The translations under genes and the position numbers were made by a program. The notes beneath the pieces were generated by a model. That model did not search any database. It saw only the letters and a list, made by a program, of their open reading frames with translations, and was not told the origin of the DNA. From Gemmatimonadota bacterium (GTDB lineage Bacteria > Gemmatimonadota > Gemmatimonadetes > Palauibacterales > Palauibacteraceae): DNA of 64,000 nt. Positions 28,283-37,418 of the stretch are shown here, one piece after another (the stretch's first letter is position 1; each line of letters opens with the position of its first letter). The stretch spans positions 199,947 to 263,946 of the forward strand of contig JBDHBD010000001.1 of assembly GCA_039587755.1 (NCBI GenBank), in the 5' to 3' direction.

Positions 28283-30820
28283 ATGCGGGCCGCGTTTCGA
28301 GCCCTCATCTGGATACCCTGTTTGTGGCCGCTGGGCGCCGCGGGACAGGCGATCCCGGCACCTGCGGACGTGCTCGGATACGCTCTCGGCGAGCGTTTCA
28401 CGCCCTCCAGTGCCGCGTTCGAGTATGCGGAGCGGTTGGCTGCTGCCTCACCGCGGGCCCGGCTGCAGGTGTACGGCGAGACACCGGAAGGTCGGCCGCT
28501 CGTGCTCCTGATCATGGCGCGAGAGGATCGTCTCTCCGAGCTGGATCGGATCCTGGCGCGTAACGCCCGCCTGACCGATCCGGCCCTCTCTGCAGGGGAG
28601 GTGGAGACCACCGCCCGGGAGAACCCGGCGATCGCATGGCTCGGATACGGCGTGCACGGCGACGAGAGCTCGTCGACAGAGGCGGCCCTGTGGACGGCCT
28701 ACGACCTCGCGTCGGGAGCTCCCGAGACGACGGGCATTCTCGACTCGCTGGTCGTGGTCATCGACCCGGTCATGAACCCCGACGGACGTGACCGTTACGT
28801 GAACTGGTATCGATCTGTTCGGGGAGCAAGACCGAACCCGAGCCCGGGCACGCTCGAGCACCGACCTCCGTGGCCGCGCGGTCGTTACAACCACTACCTG
28901 TTCGACCTCAACCGTGATTGGGCGTGGTCGATCCAACCAGAGACGAGGCAGCGTCTCGAAGCCTGGCTCGACTGGCGACCGCAGGTACATGTCGACTTCC
29001 ACGAGATGTCGCCTAACAGTACCTACTTCTTCTTTCCGGCTACCCCCCCGATCAACCCGATCTATCCGCAGTATACGCTGCGCTGGGCGTCCTACTTCGG
29101 CGACGCGATCGCGCGAGCGTTCGACGAGCGCCGCTGGCTGTACTACACGGGTGAAAGCTTCGACCTGTTCTACCCTGGGTATGGCGACACCTGGCCCAGC
29201 CTGTGGGGCGCGATCGGCATGACGTTCGAACAGGCGGGGGGTGGCTCGGCCGGCCTCGCCTACGAGCGGGACGACGGGAGCGTGCTCACGCTGCACGATC
29301 GAGCGAACCATCACCGGGTCGCAGGCCTGGCGACTTTGCGGGCAGCAGCAGGACGAAAAACCGAGCTGCTGAGGGACTTCGCCGCTTTCCACCGAAACGA
29401 GCCGGTGGGACTGGGACAGGGTGACATCTTTCTCGTCCCGGGGAATGACGCTGCCGCGAACGAGCTGGCGGCCCTTCTCGGACGACAGGGCCTGCGAGTC
29501 GAGCGCTCGTCACGTCCTGTCCAGGTCGAGGCGGCGCCCTACCCCGGGTACCGCTATCGCGGCCAGTTCCCCGCAGGCACCTACCGCGTTCCCGGTGACC
29601 AGCCCGGGTGGCGGCTCGCGCGGACACTCCTGCAGGCGAACACGCCGTGGGACACGACCAGCCGGCAGTTCAGCTACGATCTCACCGCGTGGTCGCTGCC
29701 TTACGCCTTCGGCGTCGAGGCGCACACGGCGGACGGCGTTCCGACGGGGGGGTTCGAGCCCGTGGAGGAGGGCGTGGGGGCCGGTGCGCCTGCCCGGCCG
29801 CCGGAGGGGCTCGTGTCCGACGCTTACGGGTTGCTGGCGCTCCCAGGCCTGGATGCCGCCGGATCGGTGTATCGGTACCTGGCGCTCGGTGGCCGGGTGC
29901 GAGCGATCGCCGAGCCGTTCCGGTTGGACGGACGGGACTGGCCACGGGGGACGCTCTTCATCTCGGCGGACGACTCGGTCGCCGACAGGTTGGCCCGGTC
30001 CGGTCTGGCCGCGCACGTGACGCCGGTGCGAACCGGTCGCGCCGCGAGAGGTGTGGACCTCGGCACACGCTCCTCGCTGACGCTCCGCGCCCCGCTGATC
30101 GCGGTGGTGGCGGGGGACGCGGTGAGCGCGGCCGGGTTCGGCGACGTGTGGCATTTTCTCGAACAGGGCATCGGCATTCCGTTCGACGCGCTGCCCGCCG
30201 AATCGCTCACGGCCGAGCGGCTGCGGAGCTACGATGTCCTGGTTCTCCCTCCCGGTGGCCCACTGCCGGAGGAGCGTGGTGAGGTCGTGGCCGACTGGAC
30301 GCGTGGGGGTGGGGTTGTCGTGGCACTGGGAAGCAGCGCCGGCTGGGTCGGTCGCGAGCTGGCGGACATCTCGACTCGCCAGCAGGACACGACGGCTCTG
30401 ACGGAGCTGGACAGACGCCGACGCGCGCTCTCCACGCGCGAGGAGCGGCGGGTCGATCGCTGGGAAGGTGCGGTTACGGGCATCGTACTGCCGACGGCGG
30501 TCGACCGCGATCATCCGCTCGCCTGGGGTGCTGAGCTCGCGAACCAGGATGCGCGGCTGTTCGTGCTGCACCGCGAGGACCGTCTCTTCGAACCGAACGA
30601 ATCGTTCGAGACGGTAGTCCACATTCCGGCAGGAGAGGCGGTGGCGGGGGTGGTCAGTGAGCGCAAGCTATCGGAGCTGGAGGGCGGAGCCTGGCTGGTC
30701 ACCGAGCGTGTCGGCTACGGCCGGGTCATTTTGTTCGCCGACCCACCCCTGTTCCGGACCTTCTGGCGCTCAGCCTTCGGTCTGTTCACCAACGCGCTGC
30801 TCCTCGGGCCGGCTATGTAG
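28283..30820 (+). CDS. M14-family zinc carboxypeptidase-like protein, secreted
   Basis: N-terminal signal peptide. The motif WLGYGVHGDESSSTEAALW resembles the M14 HxxE zinc-binding motif. Large C-terminal extension. The start could be 28253. Confidence 0.65.
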   Translation: MRAAFRALIWIPCLWPLGAAGQAIPAPADVLGYALGERFTPSSAAFEYAERLAAASPRARLQVYGETPEGRPLVLLIMAREDRLSELDRILARNARLTDPALSAGEVETTARENPAIAWLGYGVHGDESSSTEAALWTAYDLASGAPETTGILDSLVVVIDPVMNPDGRDRYVNWYRSVRGARPNPSPGTLEHRPPWPRGRYNHYLFDLNRDWAWSIQPETRQRLEAWLDWRPQVHVDFHEMSPNSTYFFFPATPPINPIYPQYTLRWASYFGDAIARAFDERRWLYYTGESFDLFYPGYGDTWPSLWGAIGMTFEQAGGGSAGLAYERDDGSVLTLHDRANHHRVAGLATLRAAAGRKTELLRDFAAFHRNEPVGLGQGDIFLVPGNDAAANELAALLGRQGLRVERSSRPVQVEAAPYPGYRYRGQFPAGTYRVPGDQPGWRLARTLLQANTPWDTTSRQFSYDLTAWSLPYAFGVEAHTADGVPTGGFEPVEEGVGAGAPARPPEGLVSDAYGLLALPGLDAAGSVYRYLALGGRVRAIAEPFRLDGRDWPRGTLFISADDSVADRLARSGLAAHVTPVRTGRAARGVDLGTRSSLTLRAPLIAVVAGDAVSAAGFGDVWHFLEQGIGIPFDALPAESLTAERLRSYDVLVLPPGGPLPEERGEVVADWTRGGGVVVALGSSAGWVGRELADISTRQQDTTALTELDRRRRALSTREERRVDRWEGAVTGIVLPTAVDRDHPLAWGAELANQDARLFVLHREDRLFEPNESFETVVHIPAGEAVAGVVSERKLSELEGGAWLVTERVGYGRVILFADPPLFRTFWRSAFGLFTNALLLGPAM

Positions 30821-30927
30821 CGAAGTCCGCGAGCCGCGATGCCTGCATGCCGAAAAGGCAGCGACCACGGCAGGCTGGCAGGTGCGGCGGCTCCGTTTGG
30901 CTCATCATGGCAGCCCGAGACGCTCAT

Positions 30928-30953
30928 TGTCGGCCAAAATGGTGACTCCGACA
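30928..30953 (+). promoter_or_regulatory. Inverted repeat TGTCGG-N14-CCGACA upstream of hsp20-clpB (candidate operator)
   Basis: Perfect 6-bp arms flanking a relatively AT-rich 14-nt spacer, ~95 bp upstream of the hsp20 start. No CIRCE or HAIR element was found. Confidence 0.3.
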
Positions 30954-31047
30954 GGTATACCTCTTGCCCCTCTACGCCCCCGGGCACGAGAGGTCGAACG
31001 TACCGAAACCGGCCGCAGGACGCGGTCCTGATATGGCGTCAGGCAAG

Positions 31048-31602
31048 GAGGAACAGGTGATAGAGGACACGAAGGACACGAAGCGAGGAGAGCACGCGAG
31101 CGGCTCGCATTCCGGAAAGCCGGCAGACCAGGCAGCCGGCGGAGAGGGCGACGGCACGGAGACCGCCCGAGAGCACACGCGCGGCTGGAGTCCTTGGACC
31201 TCCTTTACGGAGATACAGGATGCGGTCACCGACATGGTGGACTCGGCTCTGCGAGGCGTGGCTCCGATCGGCGGGGGCAGGCCCCGCTACGACCTCGTTC
31301 AGGTTCCCGAGGAGGGCTATTGGGTGCTCATGGATCTGCCCGGAGTGGTAAAGGAGGACCTCGACGTTACGACGGTCGGGGATGAGCTGACGGTGAGCGG
31401 CCGACGTCACCGGCCCGATCTGCCGGATGGGTCCGAGGTGCGACGGTCCGAGCGAGGGTACGGGCACTTTCGGCGCACGCTGCGCCTTCCAGCAGACGTG
31501 GACGTCGCCGGGATCAAAGCCAGGCTCGAATCGGGCGTGCTTCGCGTCACGTTGCCTCGCCGGGCCGAGTCCGCGGAGGTCCATGTCGAGGTCGAGACGT
31601 GA
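31048..31602 (+). CDS. Hsp20/alpha-crystallin family small heat-shock protein
   Basis: Alpha-crystallin domain ([17 protein letters not shown]...GVLRVTLPR). The GTG at 31048 is preceded by AAGGAGG (31034-31041). Disordered N-terminus. Confidence 0.85.
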   Translation, partial: EEQVIEDTKDTKRGEHASGSHSGKPADQAAGGEGDGTETAREHTRGWSPWTSFTEIQDAVTDMVDSALRGVAPIGGGRPRYDLVQVPEEGYWVLMDLPGVVKEDLDVTTVGDELTVSGRRHRPDLPDGSEVRRSERGYGHFRRTLRLPADVDVAGIKARLESGVLRVTLPRRAESAEVHVEVET

Positions 31603-31636
31603 TCCGACCCGACTCGAGCGAGAGGTCGCGGACCCT

Positions 31637-34237
31637 GTGATCCCGGCCGAGCGACTGACTGTAAAGGCGGCCGAGTCGCTTCAGGACGCCGCCGTCCGCG
31701 CGCGGAGGAACGACAATCCGGCCGTCGAGGACCTGCATCTGCTTGACGCGCTCCTCGAGCAGGAAGGCGGCGTCATCGTTCCAGTTTTGCAGAAGGTCGG
31801 CGTCGACGTGGCCGCCCTGCGAGCCTCACTAGAAGACCGGGTGGAGCGTCTTCCAACGCAGTCCGGAGCCACACCGGTGGCGAGTCGAGAGCTGCAGAGG
31901 ATTCTCGACGATGCAGAGGGTGTCTCCCGTGACATGGGGGACAGCTATGTTTCTACTGAGCACCTGCTGCTCGGACTTGCGGGCGACCGAGCGACCAGCA
32001 CGAGCGAGCTGCTCGATGCGATCGGTGCGAGCGCAGAGGCGCTCCGAAAGGCGATCGAGGAAGTGCGCGGACCTCATCGCGTGACGGACCAGGACGCCGA
32101 AGGGAAGTACCGCGCTCTCGAGCGATACAGCATCGACCTTACTGACCAGGCCCGCTCCGGTCGCCTCGATCCGGTGATCGGCCGTGACGCGGAGATCCGA
32201 CGGGTGATGCAGGTGCTGTCGCGTCGCACGAAGAACAACCCGGTCCTGATCGGCGAGCCGGGTGTCGGAAAAACCGCGATCGTCGAAGGCCTGGCTCAGC
32301 GCATCGTCGCCGGTGACATCCCCGAGTCGTTGCGCGATAAGCAACTCGTGCAACTCGACATCGCCGCGATGCTCGCCGGCGCAAAATACCGCGGAGAGTT
32401 CGAAGAGCGCTTCAAGGCCGTGCTCAAAGAGATTACGGAGTCCGGCGGTCGCTACGTCGTCTTCCTGGACGAGCTGCACACCGTCGTTGGAGCCGGTGCC
32501 GCGGAGGGCGCCGTCGATGCAGGCAACATGCTGAAGCCGCCCCTGGCGAGGGGGCAGCTCCGGATGATCGGCGCGACCACGCTGGACGAATACCGCAAGC
32601 ACATCGAGAAGGACCCGGCGCTGGAGCGGCGATTCCAGCCCGTAGTGGTCGGCGAGCCATCTCTCGACGAAACGATCGCGATCCTCCGCGGGCTTAAGGA
32701 GCGGTACGAGGTGCACCATGGAGTCCGCGTGACCGACCCGGCACTCATCGCGGCGGCTCGGCTGTCGGACCGCTATATCGGAGATCGCTTTCTCCCGGAC
32801 AAAGCCATCGATCTGATCGATGAGGCCGCGTCTCGCCTCCGCATCGAGATCGACTCGATGCCGGACGAGATCGACGAGGTGGAGCGACGACTGACCCAGC
32901 TCGAGATCGAGCGGGAAGCGCTCAAGGAGGAACAAGATCAGAAGAGCCGGGAGCGGCTCAGGGCGCTCGAGTCGGAGCTCGCGGAGGCACGTGAACGGCT
33001 GGCTGCTATGAAAGCGCGCTGGCTGTCCGAGAAACAGGCGATCGAGGGTGTCCATGAGCTGATGCGACAGATCGAGGAGCTCGGAACTCAAGCTGAGCAG
33101 GCGACGCGAACGGGCGATCTGGCAAAGGCGGCCGAAATCAGTTACGGGCGCGTCCCGAAGCTCCGCGCCGAGCTGGAAGCGGCGGAGAACAAGCTCGCGG
33201 AGCTTCAGACCGATGCCTCGTTCCTCAAGGAGGAGGTACGGGCCGAGGACATCGCCGACGTAGTGGGGTCGTGGACGGGGATCCCGGTCTCGCGGATGCT
33301 GGAGGACGAGAAGGAGCGCCTCGCGCACCTCGAGGATCACCTGCACCGCCGGATCGTCAACCAGCACGAGGCGCTCGAAGCGGTCTCCAACGCCGTGCGG
33401 CGGAGCCGGGCCGGCCTGCAGGACCCAGACCGACCGATCGGGAGCTTCATCTTCCTCGGTCCCACCGGCGTGGGAAAGACGGAGACGGCCCGGGCCCTAG
33501 CCGAGTTCCTCTTCGACGACGAGGACGCCATGGTCCGAATCGACATGTCGGAGTACATGGAACGGCACTCCGTGGCGCGGCTCATCGGCGCGCCCCCCGG
33601 CTATGTCGGATACGAGGAGGGCGGGCAGCTTACAGAAGCGGTTCGGCGCCGGCCCTATACGGTCATCCTGTTCGATGAGATCGAGAAGGCGCACCCTGAG
33701 GTGTTCAACCTCCTCCTTCAGATCCTGGACGATGGGCGTCTCACCGACGGACAGGGGCGCACGGTGGACTTCCGAAACGCTGTGCTGATCATGACGAGCA
33801 ACGTCGGCAGCTCGTGGATTCTCGAGAGCACGGAAGCGGGTGCCGAGTGGGATGAAGTCGAAGGGCGCGTCCTGCAGGCGATGCGCGACACCTTCAAGCC
33901 CGAGTTTCTAAACCGTCTCGACGAAATCCTCGTATATCGGCCCCTGTCGAGAGACCACCTGCGCGAAATCGTGGACCTGCAGCTCGCGCGGCTCGGCAAG
34001 ACGCTGTTCGACCGCGAGATAGTCGTAGAGGTGACAGACGCGGCGCGGAAGCGCATCGCGGAGGCCGGTTACGATCCCGTGTTTGGCGCTCGTCCGCTCA
34101 AGCGGGCCATCCAGCGGCTGGTAACCGACCAGCTGGCCATGGCCTTTCTGGAGGGTCGCTTCGAAGACGGCGACAGCCTGCGCATCGACGCGGAAGCCGA
34201 CGGCGCAGGATTGACGGTGGAGCGGGTGGGCACCTAA
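31637..34237 (+). CDS. clpB: ATP-dependent chaperone ClpB
   Basis: Two AAA+ modules ([16 protein letters not shown]), a long middle coiled coil and a Clp N-domain. GTG start at 31637, 34 bp after hsp20. Confidence 0.95.
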   Translation: MIPAERLTVKAAESLQDAAVRARRNDNPAVEDLHLLDALLEQEGGVIVPVLQKVGVDVAALRASLEDRVERLPTQSGATPVASRELQRILDDAEGVSRDMGDSYVSTEHLLLGLAGDRATSTSELLDAIGASAEALRKAIEEVRGPHRVTDQDAEGKYRALERYSIDLTDQARSGRLDPVIGRDAEIRRVMQVLSRRTKNNPVLIGEPGVGKTAIVEGLAQRIVAGDIPESLRDKQLVQLDIAAMLAGAKYRGEFEERFKAVLKEITESGGRYVVFLDELHTVVGAGAAEGAVDAGNMLKPPLARGQLRMIGATTLDEYRKHIEKDPALERRFQPVVVGEPSLDETIAILRGLKERYEVHHGVRVTDPALIAAARLSDRYIGDRFLPDKAIDLIDEAASRLRIEIDSMPDEIDEVERRLTQLEIEREALKEEQDQKSRERLRALESELAEARERLAAMKARWLSEKQAIEGVHELMRQIEELGTQAEQATRTGDLAKAAEISYGRVPKLRAELEAAENKLAELQTDASFLKEEVRAEDIADVVGSWTGIPVSRMLEDEKERLAHLEDHLHRRIVNQHEALEAVSNAVRRSRAGLQDPDRPIGSFIFLGPTGVGKTETARALAEFLFDDEDAMVRIDMSEYMERHSVARLIGAPPGYVGYEEGGQLTEAVRRRPYTVILFDEIEKAHPEVFNLLLQILDDGRLTDGQGRTVDFRNAVLIMTSNVGSSWILESTEAGAEWDEVEGRVLQAMRDTFKPEFLNRLDEILVYRPLSRDHLREIVDLQLARLGKTLFDREIVVEVTDAARKRIAEAGYDPVFGARPLKRAIQRLVTDQLAMAFLEGRFEDGDSLRIDAEADGAGLTVERVGT

Positions 34238-34372
34238 AGAGTGGTGGGACCCGTGCCGCGTGAAGGCTGCGGCGGACCCGCGAGGCGTCTGACGGGTCTC
34301 ACTCGGGCGTGCGGGCGAGGCTCGCTGATCCAGGCCGAGGTTGCGGGACAGTACGCAAAGAGGAGGCAGACG

Positions 34373-34834
34373 ATGAGGAGGGTGCCGACGATCTGGCGGG
34401 TGGTCTTTCCACTACTCGTATTGGCTCCGGTAGTGGCCGTGTTGGGATGTGCATCGGGTGGAAGCCAGATCTACGCCGACGAAGCCTATGGAGCGGGAAC
34501 GCCCCAACTGGCCGTCTCGGCCTTTCTGACCGCCGCGAAGCAGTCAGACTACGGTACGATGGCGAACCTGTTCGGCACGGAAGACGGTCCCGCGGAAGTG
34601 AAGTGGGGCCGGGCGGATGTCGAGCAAAGGATGTACGTGCTGGCCGCCCTGCTCAATCACCGGTCGTACGAGCTCCGACTTCTGAACGTGGCGGGGGAAC
34701 CGAACACGATACGTGTGATCGCGGACATGGTCGGCACACAGAACGGGAATGTATCGGTCCCGTTCGTCACGATCTCGAACGGTGGCCGCTGGTTCGTCTC
34801 GCAGGTGATGACGCGAGCGCTGGACTCCGGCTGA
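34373..34834 (+). CDS. Hypothetical lipoprotein
   Basis: ATG preceded by GAGGAGG. Signal peptide with lipobox LGCAS. No recognisable domain. Confidence 0.5.
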   Translation: MRRVPTIWRVVFPLLVLAPVVAVLGCASGGSQIYADEAYGAGTPQLAVSAFLTAAKQSDYGTMANLFGTEDGPAEVKWGRADVEQRMYVLAALLNHRSYELRLLNVAGEPNTIRVIADMVGTQNGNVSVPFVTISNGGRWFVSQVMTRALDSG

Positions 34835-34856
34835 ACCGGGTACGCCTCTCGGCCGC

Positions 34857-35555
34857 TCAGCGGTACCGAACGGCCAGCCAATGAGGTGAAGCGCCGAGCC
34901 AGAAGGCGAGGCGGAGCACCCAGTGCTTTACCACCGTGCGCCAGAATCCCCGAGCCTCCCATCTCCGGCGCGACGTCCGAACCATCGGACGGATGAAGGC
35001 GAAGCGCCCCAGTCGTCGTAACGCCCGCACCAGAACGACGTCCTCGAACAACGGGTGCTCAGGGTACCCGCCCGATCGCTCGTACGCTTCTCGACGCACG
35101 AAGATCACCTGGTCCCCGGTTGCCGAGCCGAACACACGGGTTCGGATGTTGACCCCCCACTCCAGGAGCCGGTAGCGGTCGAAACGGCTCGGGGCAGGGA
35201 AGACCCCAAAACGGCAGCATCCCCCGACGACGGCGGGATCCACAAGCGCGTCCAGGATCGCGACGCCCGTGTCCGGCGGGAGCCGCGTGTCGGCGTGCAC
35301 GAAGACCAGCACTTCGCCGGCGGCGGCGCGCGCCCCGAGGTGAAGTTGATGACCGCGACTGGGCTCGGTTCTCAGTATGCGAGCATGTCGAGCTGCTCTT
35401 TCCTGGGTCGCGTCGTGGCTTCCGCCGTCCACGACCAGCAACTCGGTGTCGTCACTCAGCGCGGAGCGAGCGCAGCCCAGCGTGGTCTCCACCCAGTCCT
35501 CCTCGTTTAGTGTCGGCACGATCACCGAGAAAACGGGGCGAGAGGTGTCAGTCAC
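34857..35555 (-). CDS. Family 2 glycosyltransferase
   Basis: GT-A N-terminus FSVIVPTLNEE with DxD-like LVVDGGSHD; 232 aa. Confidence 0.75.
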   Translation of the reverse strand: MTDTSRPVFSVIVPTLNEEDWVETTLGCARSALSDDTELLVVDGGSHDATQERAARHARILRTEPSRGHQLHLGARAAAGEVLVFVHADTRLPPDTGVAILDALVDPAVVGGCCRFGVFPAPSRFDRYRLLEWGVNIRTRVFGSATGDQVIFVRREAYERSGGYPEHPLFEDVVLVRALRRLGRFAFIRPMVRTSRRRWEARGFWRTVVKHWVLRLAFWLGASPHWLAVRYR

Positions 35556-35980
35556 TCGGTCGCCGGACGATGCTCGATCTCCGGGTCCGTTTCACGCAGC
35601 TCGAGCAATACACCGCCTGTGCTTCTCGGGTGAAGGAACGCGACGCGCGTGCCCTCGGCGCCCGTGCGCAGCCCCGGCTCGATCAGACTGGCTCCGGCGT
35701 CGAGCGCTCGCTCGAGGGCTGACTCGAGATCGACCACCAGGAGGCACACGTGGTGCAGGCCCGGGCCGTGTCGGTCAATGAATCGGGCGATCGGCGACCC
35801 CGGATCCGTGGCCTCCAGCAGTTCGATGCGACCCGCCCCTTCGCCGAAGAACGCGACGCGCACACGCTCGGTCTCCACTTCCTCGAATCCGGCGGCCTCC
35901 CGACCGAGCATCGCCTCGTAGAGCGGGACCGCCTCACGCAGCGAGTTGACCGCGATTCCGATGTGGTCGATTATGGGCAC
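35552..35980 (-). CDS. Methylmalonyl-CoA epimerase-like VOC/glyoxalase-family protein
   Basis: HIGIAV...GPGLHHVCLLVVDLE pattern of glyoxalase-I-fold epimerases. Overlaps the downstream GT2 start by 4 bp. Confidence 0.7.
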   Translation of the reverse strand: MPIIDHIGIAVNSLREAVPLYEAMLGREAAGFEEVETERVRVAFFGEGAGRIELLEATDPGSPIARFIDRHGPGLHHVCLLVVDLESALERALDAGASLIEPGLRTGAEGTRVAFLHPRSTGGVLLELRETDPEIEHRPATE

Positions 35981-36150
35981 CGTTTCGGACCTCGACGTGT
36001 TAGTAGTAGCGGTGTGAGCGAGGCGTGTCCGCCTTCGGCACGAGAGAACTCCGGACCGCCTGCATTGTATCCATAAGAACGAGGGTCTTCCAGCTGGCCT
36101 CTATAGCGGCTTGCGCGCGAGGGCCGCGAAAAAGGAGAGAGAGCGACAGG

Positions 36151-36483
36151 ATGACGACAGACGCGCAGCCGATCACAGTTACCGACGCCAGTTTCGCCGA
36201 CGACATCGAGTCGGGCGAAGGGCTGACGCTGGTTGATTTCTGGGCCGAATGGTGCGGTCCCTGCCGGATCGTGGGTCCGATACTGGAAGAGCTGGCGGTC
36301 GAGTACGCCGACAGACTCACAGTGGGAAAGCTCGATGTGGACGCGAACCCCCACACGGCTCAGCGATATAACATACGGTCGATTCCGAGCATCCTCTTCT
36401 TTAAGGACGGCGAGCTGGTGGATGCGGTCATCGGAGCGCTTCCCAAGGCCTCGCTCGTAGCAAAGATCCTCGAGCACACCTGA
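36151..36483 (+). CDS. trxA: Thioredoxin
   Basis: WCGPC active site (DFWAEWCGPCR); 110 aa. Purine-rich RBS AAAAGGAGAGAGAG upstream. Confidence 0.9.
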   Translation: MTTDAQPITVTDASFADDIESGEGLTLVDFWAEWCGPCRIVGPILEELAVEYADRLTVGKLDVDANPHTAQRYNIRSIPSILFFKDGELVDAVIGALPKASLVAKILEHT

Positions 36484-36566
36484 GCCCGCGCGACGCGGCG
36501 ATACAGGTGTCGCGCCTCCCGCTCGCTCGGAGGGGGAGGCGTTTTCATTGGCAGGCGCGAGGGACC

Positions 36567-37418
36567 ATGGCGGGGACGCTGTTCCTGGTGAGCACGCCGA
36601 TCGGTAACCTTTCCGATGTGAGTGAGCGTGCGCTGGGCGTGCTTGGCGAGGTGGACATCTGCTACGCCGAGGACACCCGGCACACCGGTCGCATGCTGGC
36701 GCGCCTGGGCGTCGACGTCCCGCTGCGGTCGCTCCACGGTCACAACGAGGTGGCCAGAGTGAGAGAGATCGTCGAACGGCTGGACCGCGGCGAGCGTTGT
36801 GCGCTGGTGAGCGATGCCGGCACGCCGGCCATCTCCGATCCAGGAAGGGCCGTCGTGGGCGCGGTTCACGATGCTGGTTTCCCGGTCGTTCCCATTCCGG
36901 GGCCCTCAGCCGTAACGGCGGCCATCGCTGCGAGCGGCCTGTCGGCCGACCGGTTTCTCTTCTTGGGCTTCGCGCCCCGCCGCGGGTCGTCGCGTCGAGA
37001 CTGGCTCAATCAAGTCGCGGACTCTTCGTTCACGGTCGTGATCTTCGAGTCACCGCGCCGGGTTCAGCGGCTGCTGGAGGAGTTGAGCGACGCCGGTCTC
37101 GCTGAGCGCAAGTGCATCGTGTGCCGTGAGCTGACGAAGCTTCACGAGGAGATCTTGCGCGGAAGTGTGGCGCAGGTGGGTCGGCAACTCGACGAGGAGA
37201 GACTTCGCGGCGAGTTCACCATCGTCGTGGAAGGCGGCAAGGTCGAGCGCGAGACCCCGCCGGAAGCCGAAGCACGAGCAGCGGCGCTCGCGGTAGCCGG
37301 AGAGGGCACCCGGCAGATCGCGTCTCGACTGCAAGCCGAGTTCTGCCTCGCGCGCAACGAGGCGTACAGATGCGCCCTGCTCGCCGTGCAGACCGCCGGC
37401 GAGTCGATCGATGAGTGA
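36567..37418 (+). CDS. rsmI: 16S rRNA (cytidine1402-2'-O)-methyltransferase RsmI
   Basis: Tetrapyrrole-methylase-fold N-terminus LFLVSTPIGNLSDVSERAL and ...YAEDTRHTG.... Confidence 0.85.
   Translation: MAGTLFLVSTPIGNLSDVSERALGVLGEVDICYAEDTRHTGRMLARLGVDVPLRSLHGHNEVARVREIVERLDRGERCALVSDAGTPAISDPGRAVVGAVHDAGFPVVPIPGPSAVTAAIAASGLSADRFLFLGFAPRRGSSRRDWLNQVADSSFTVVIFESPRRVQRLLEELSDAGLAERKCIVCRELTKLHEEILRGSVAQVGRQLDEERLRGEFTIVVEGGKVERETPPEAEARAAALAVAGEGTRQIASRLQAEFCLARNEAYRCALLAVQTAGESIDE

Noticed and set aside
30821-31047. Looked for sigma32-type, CIRCE (HrcA) and HAIR (HspR) elements upstream of hsp20-clpB
   Set aside because: CTTGCCC...CCCCCGGG has the wrong spacing for a sigma32 promoter, and no CIRCE or HAIR consensus is present. 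Only the TGTCGG-N14-CCGACA repeat is reported.
31427-31636. Upstream extension of the clpB ORF overlapping hsp20
   Set aside because: The ClpB N-domain homology begins at the GTG at 31637. The extension lies in a different frame within the hsp20 coding region.
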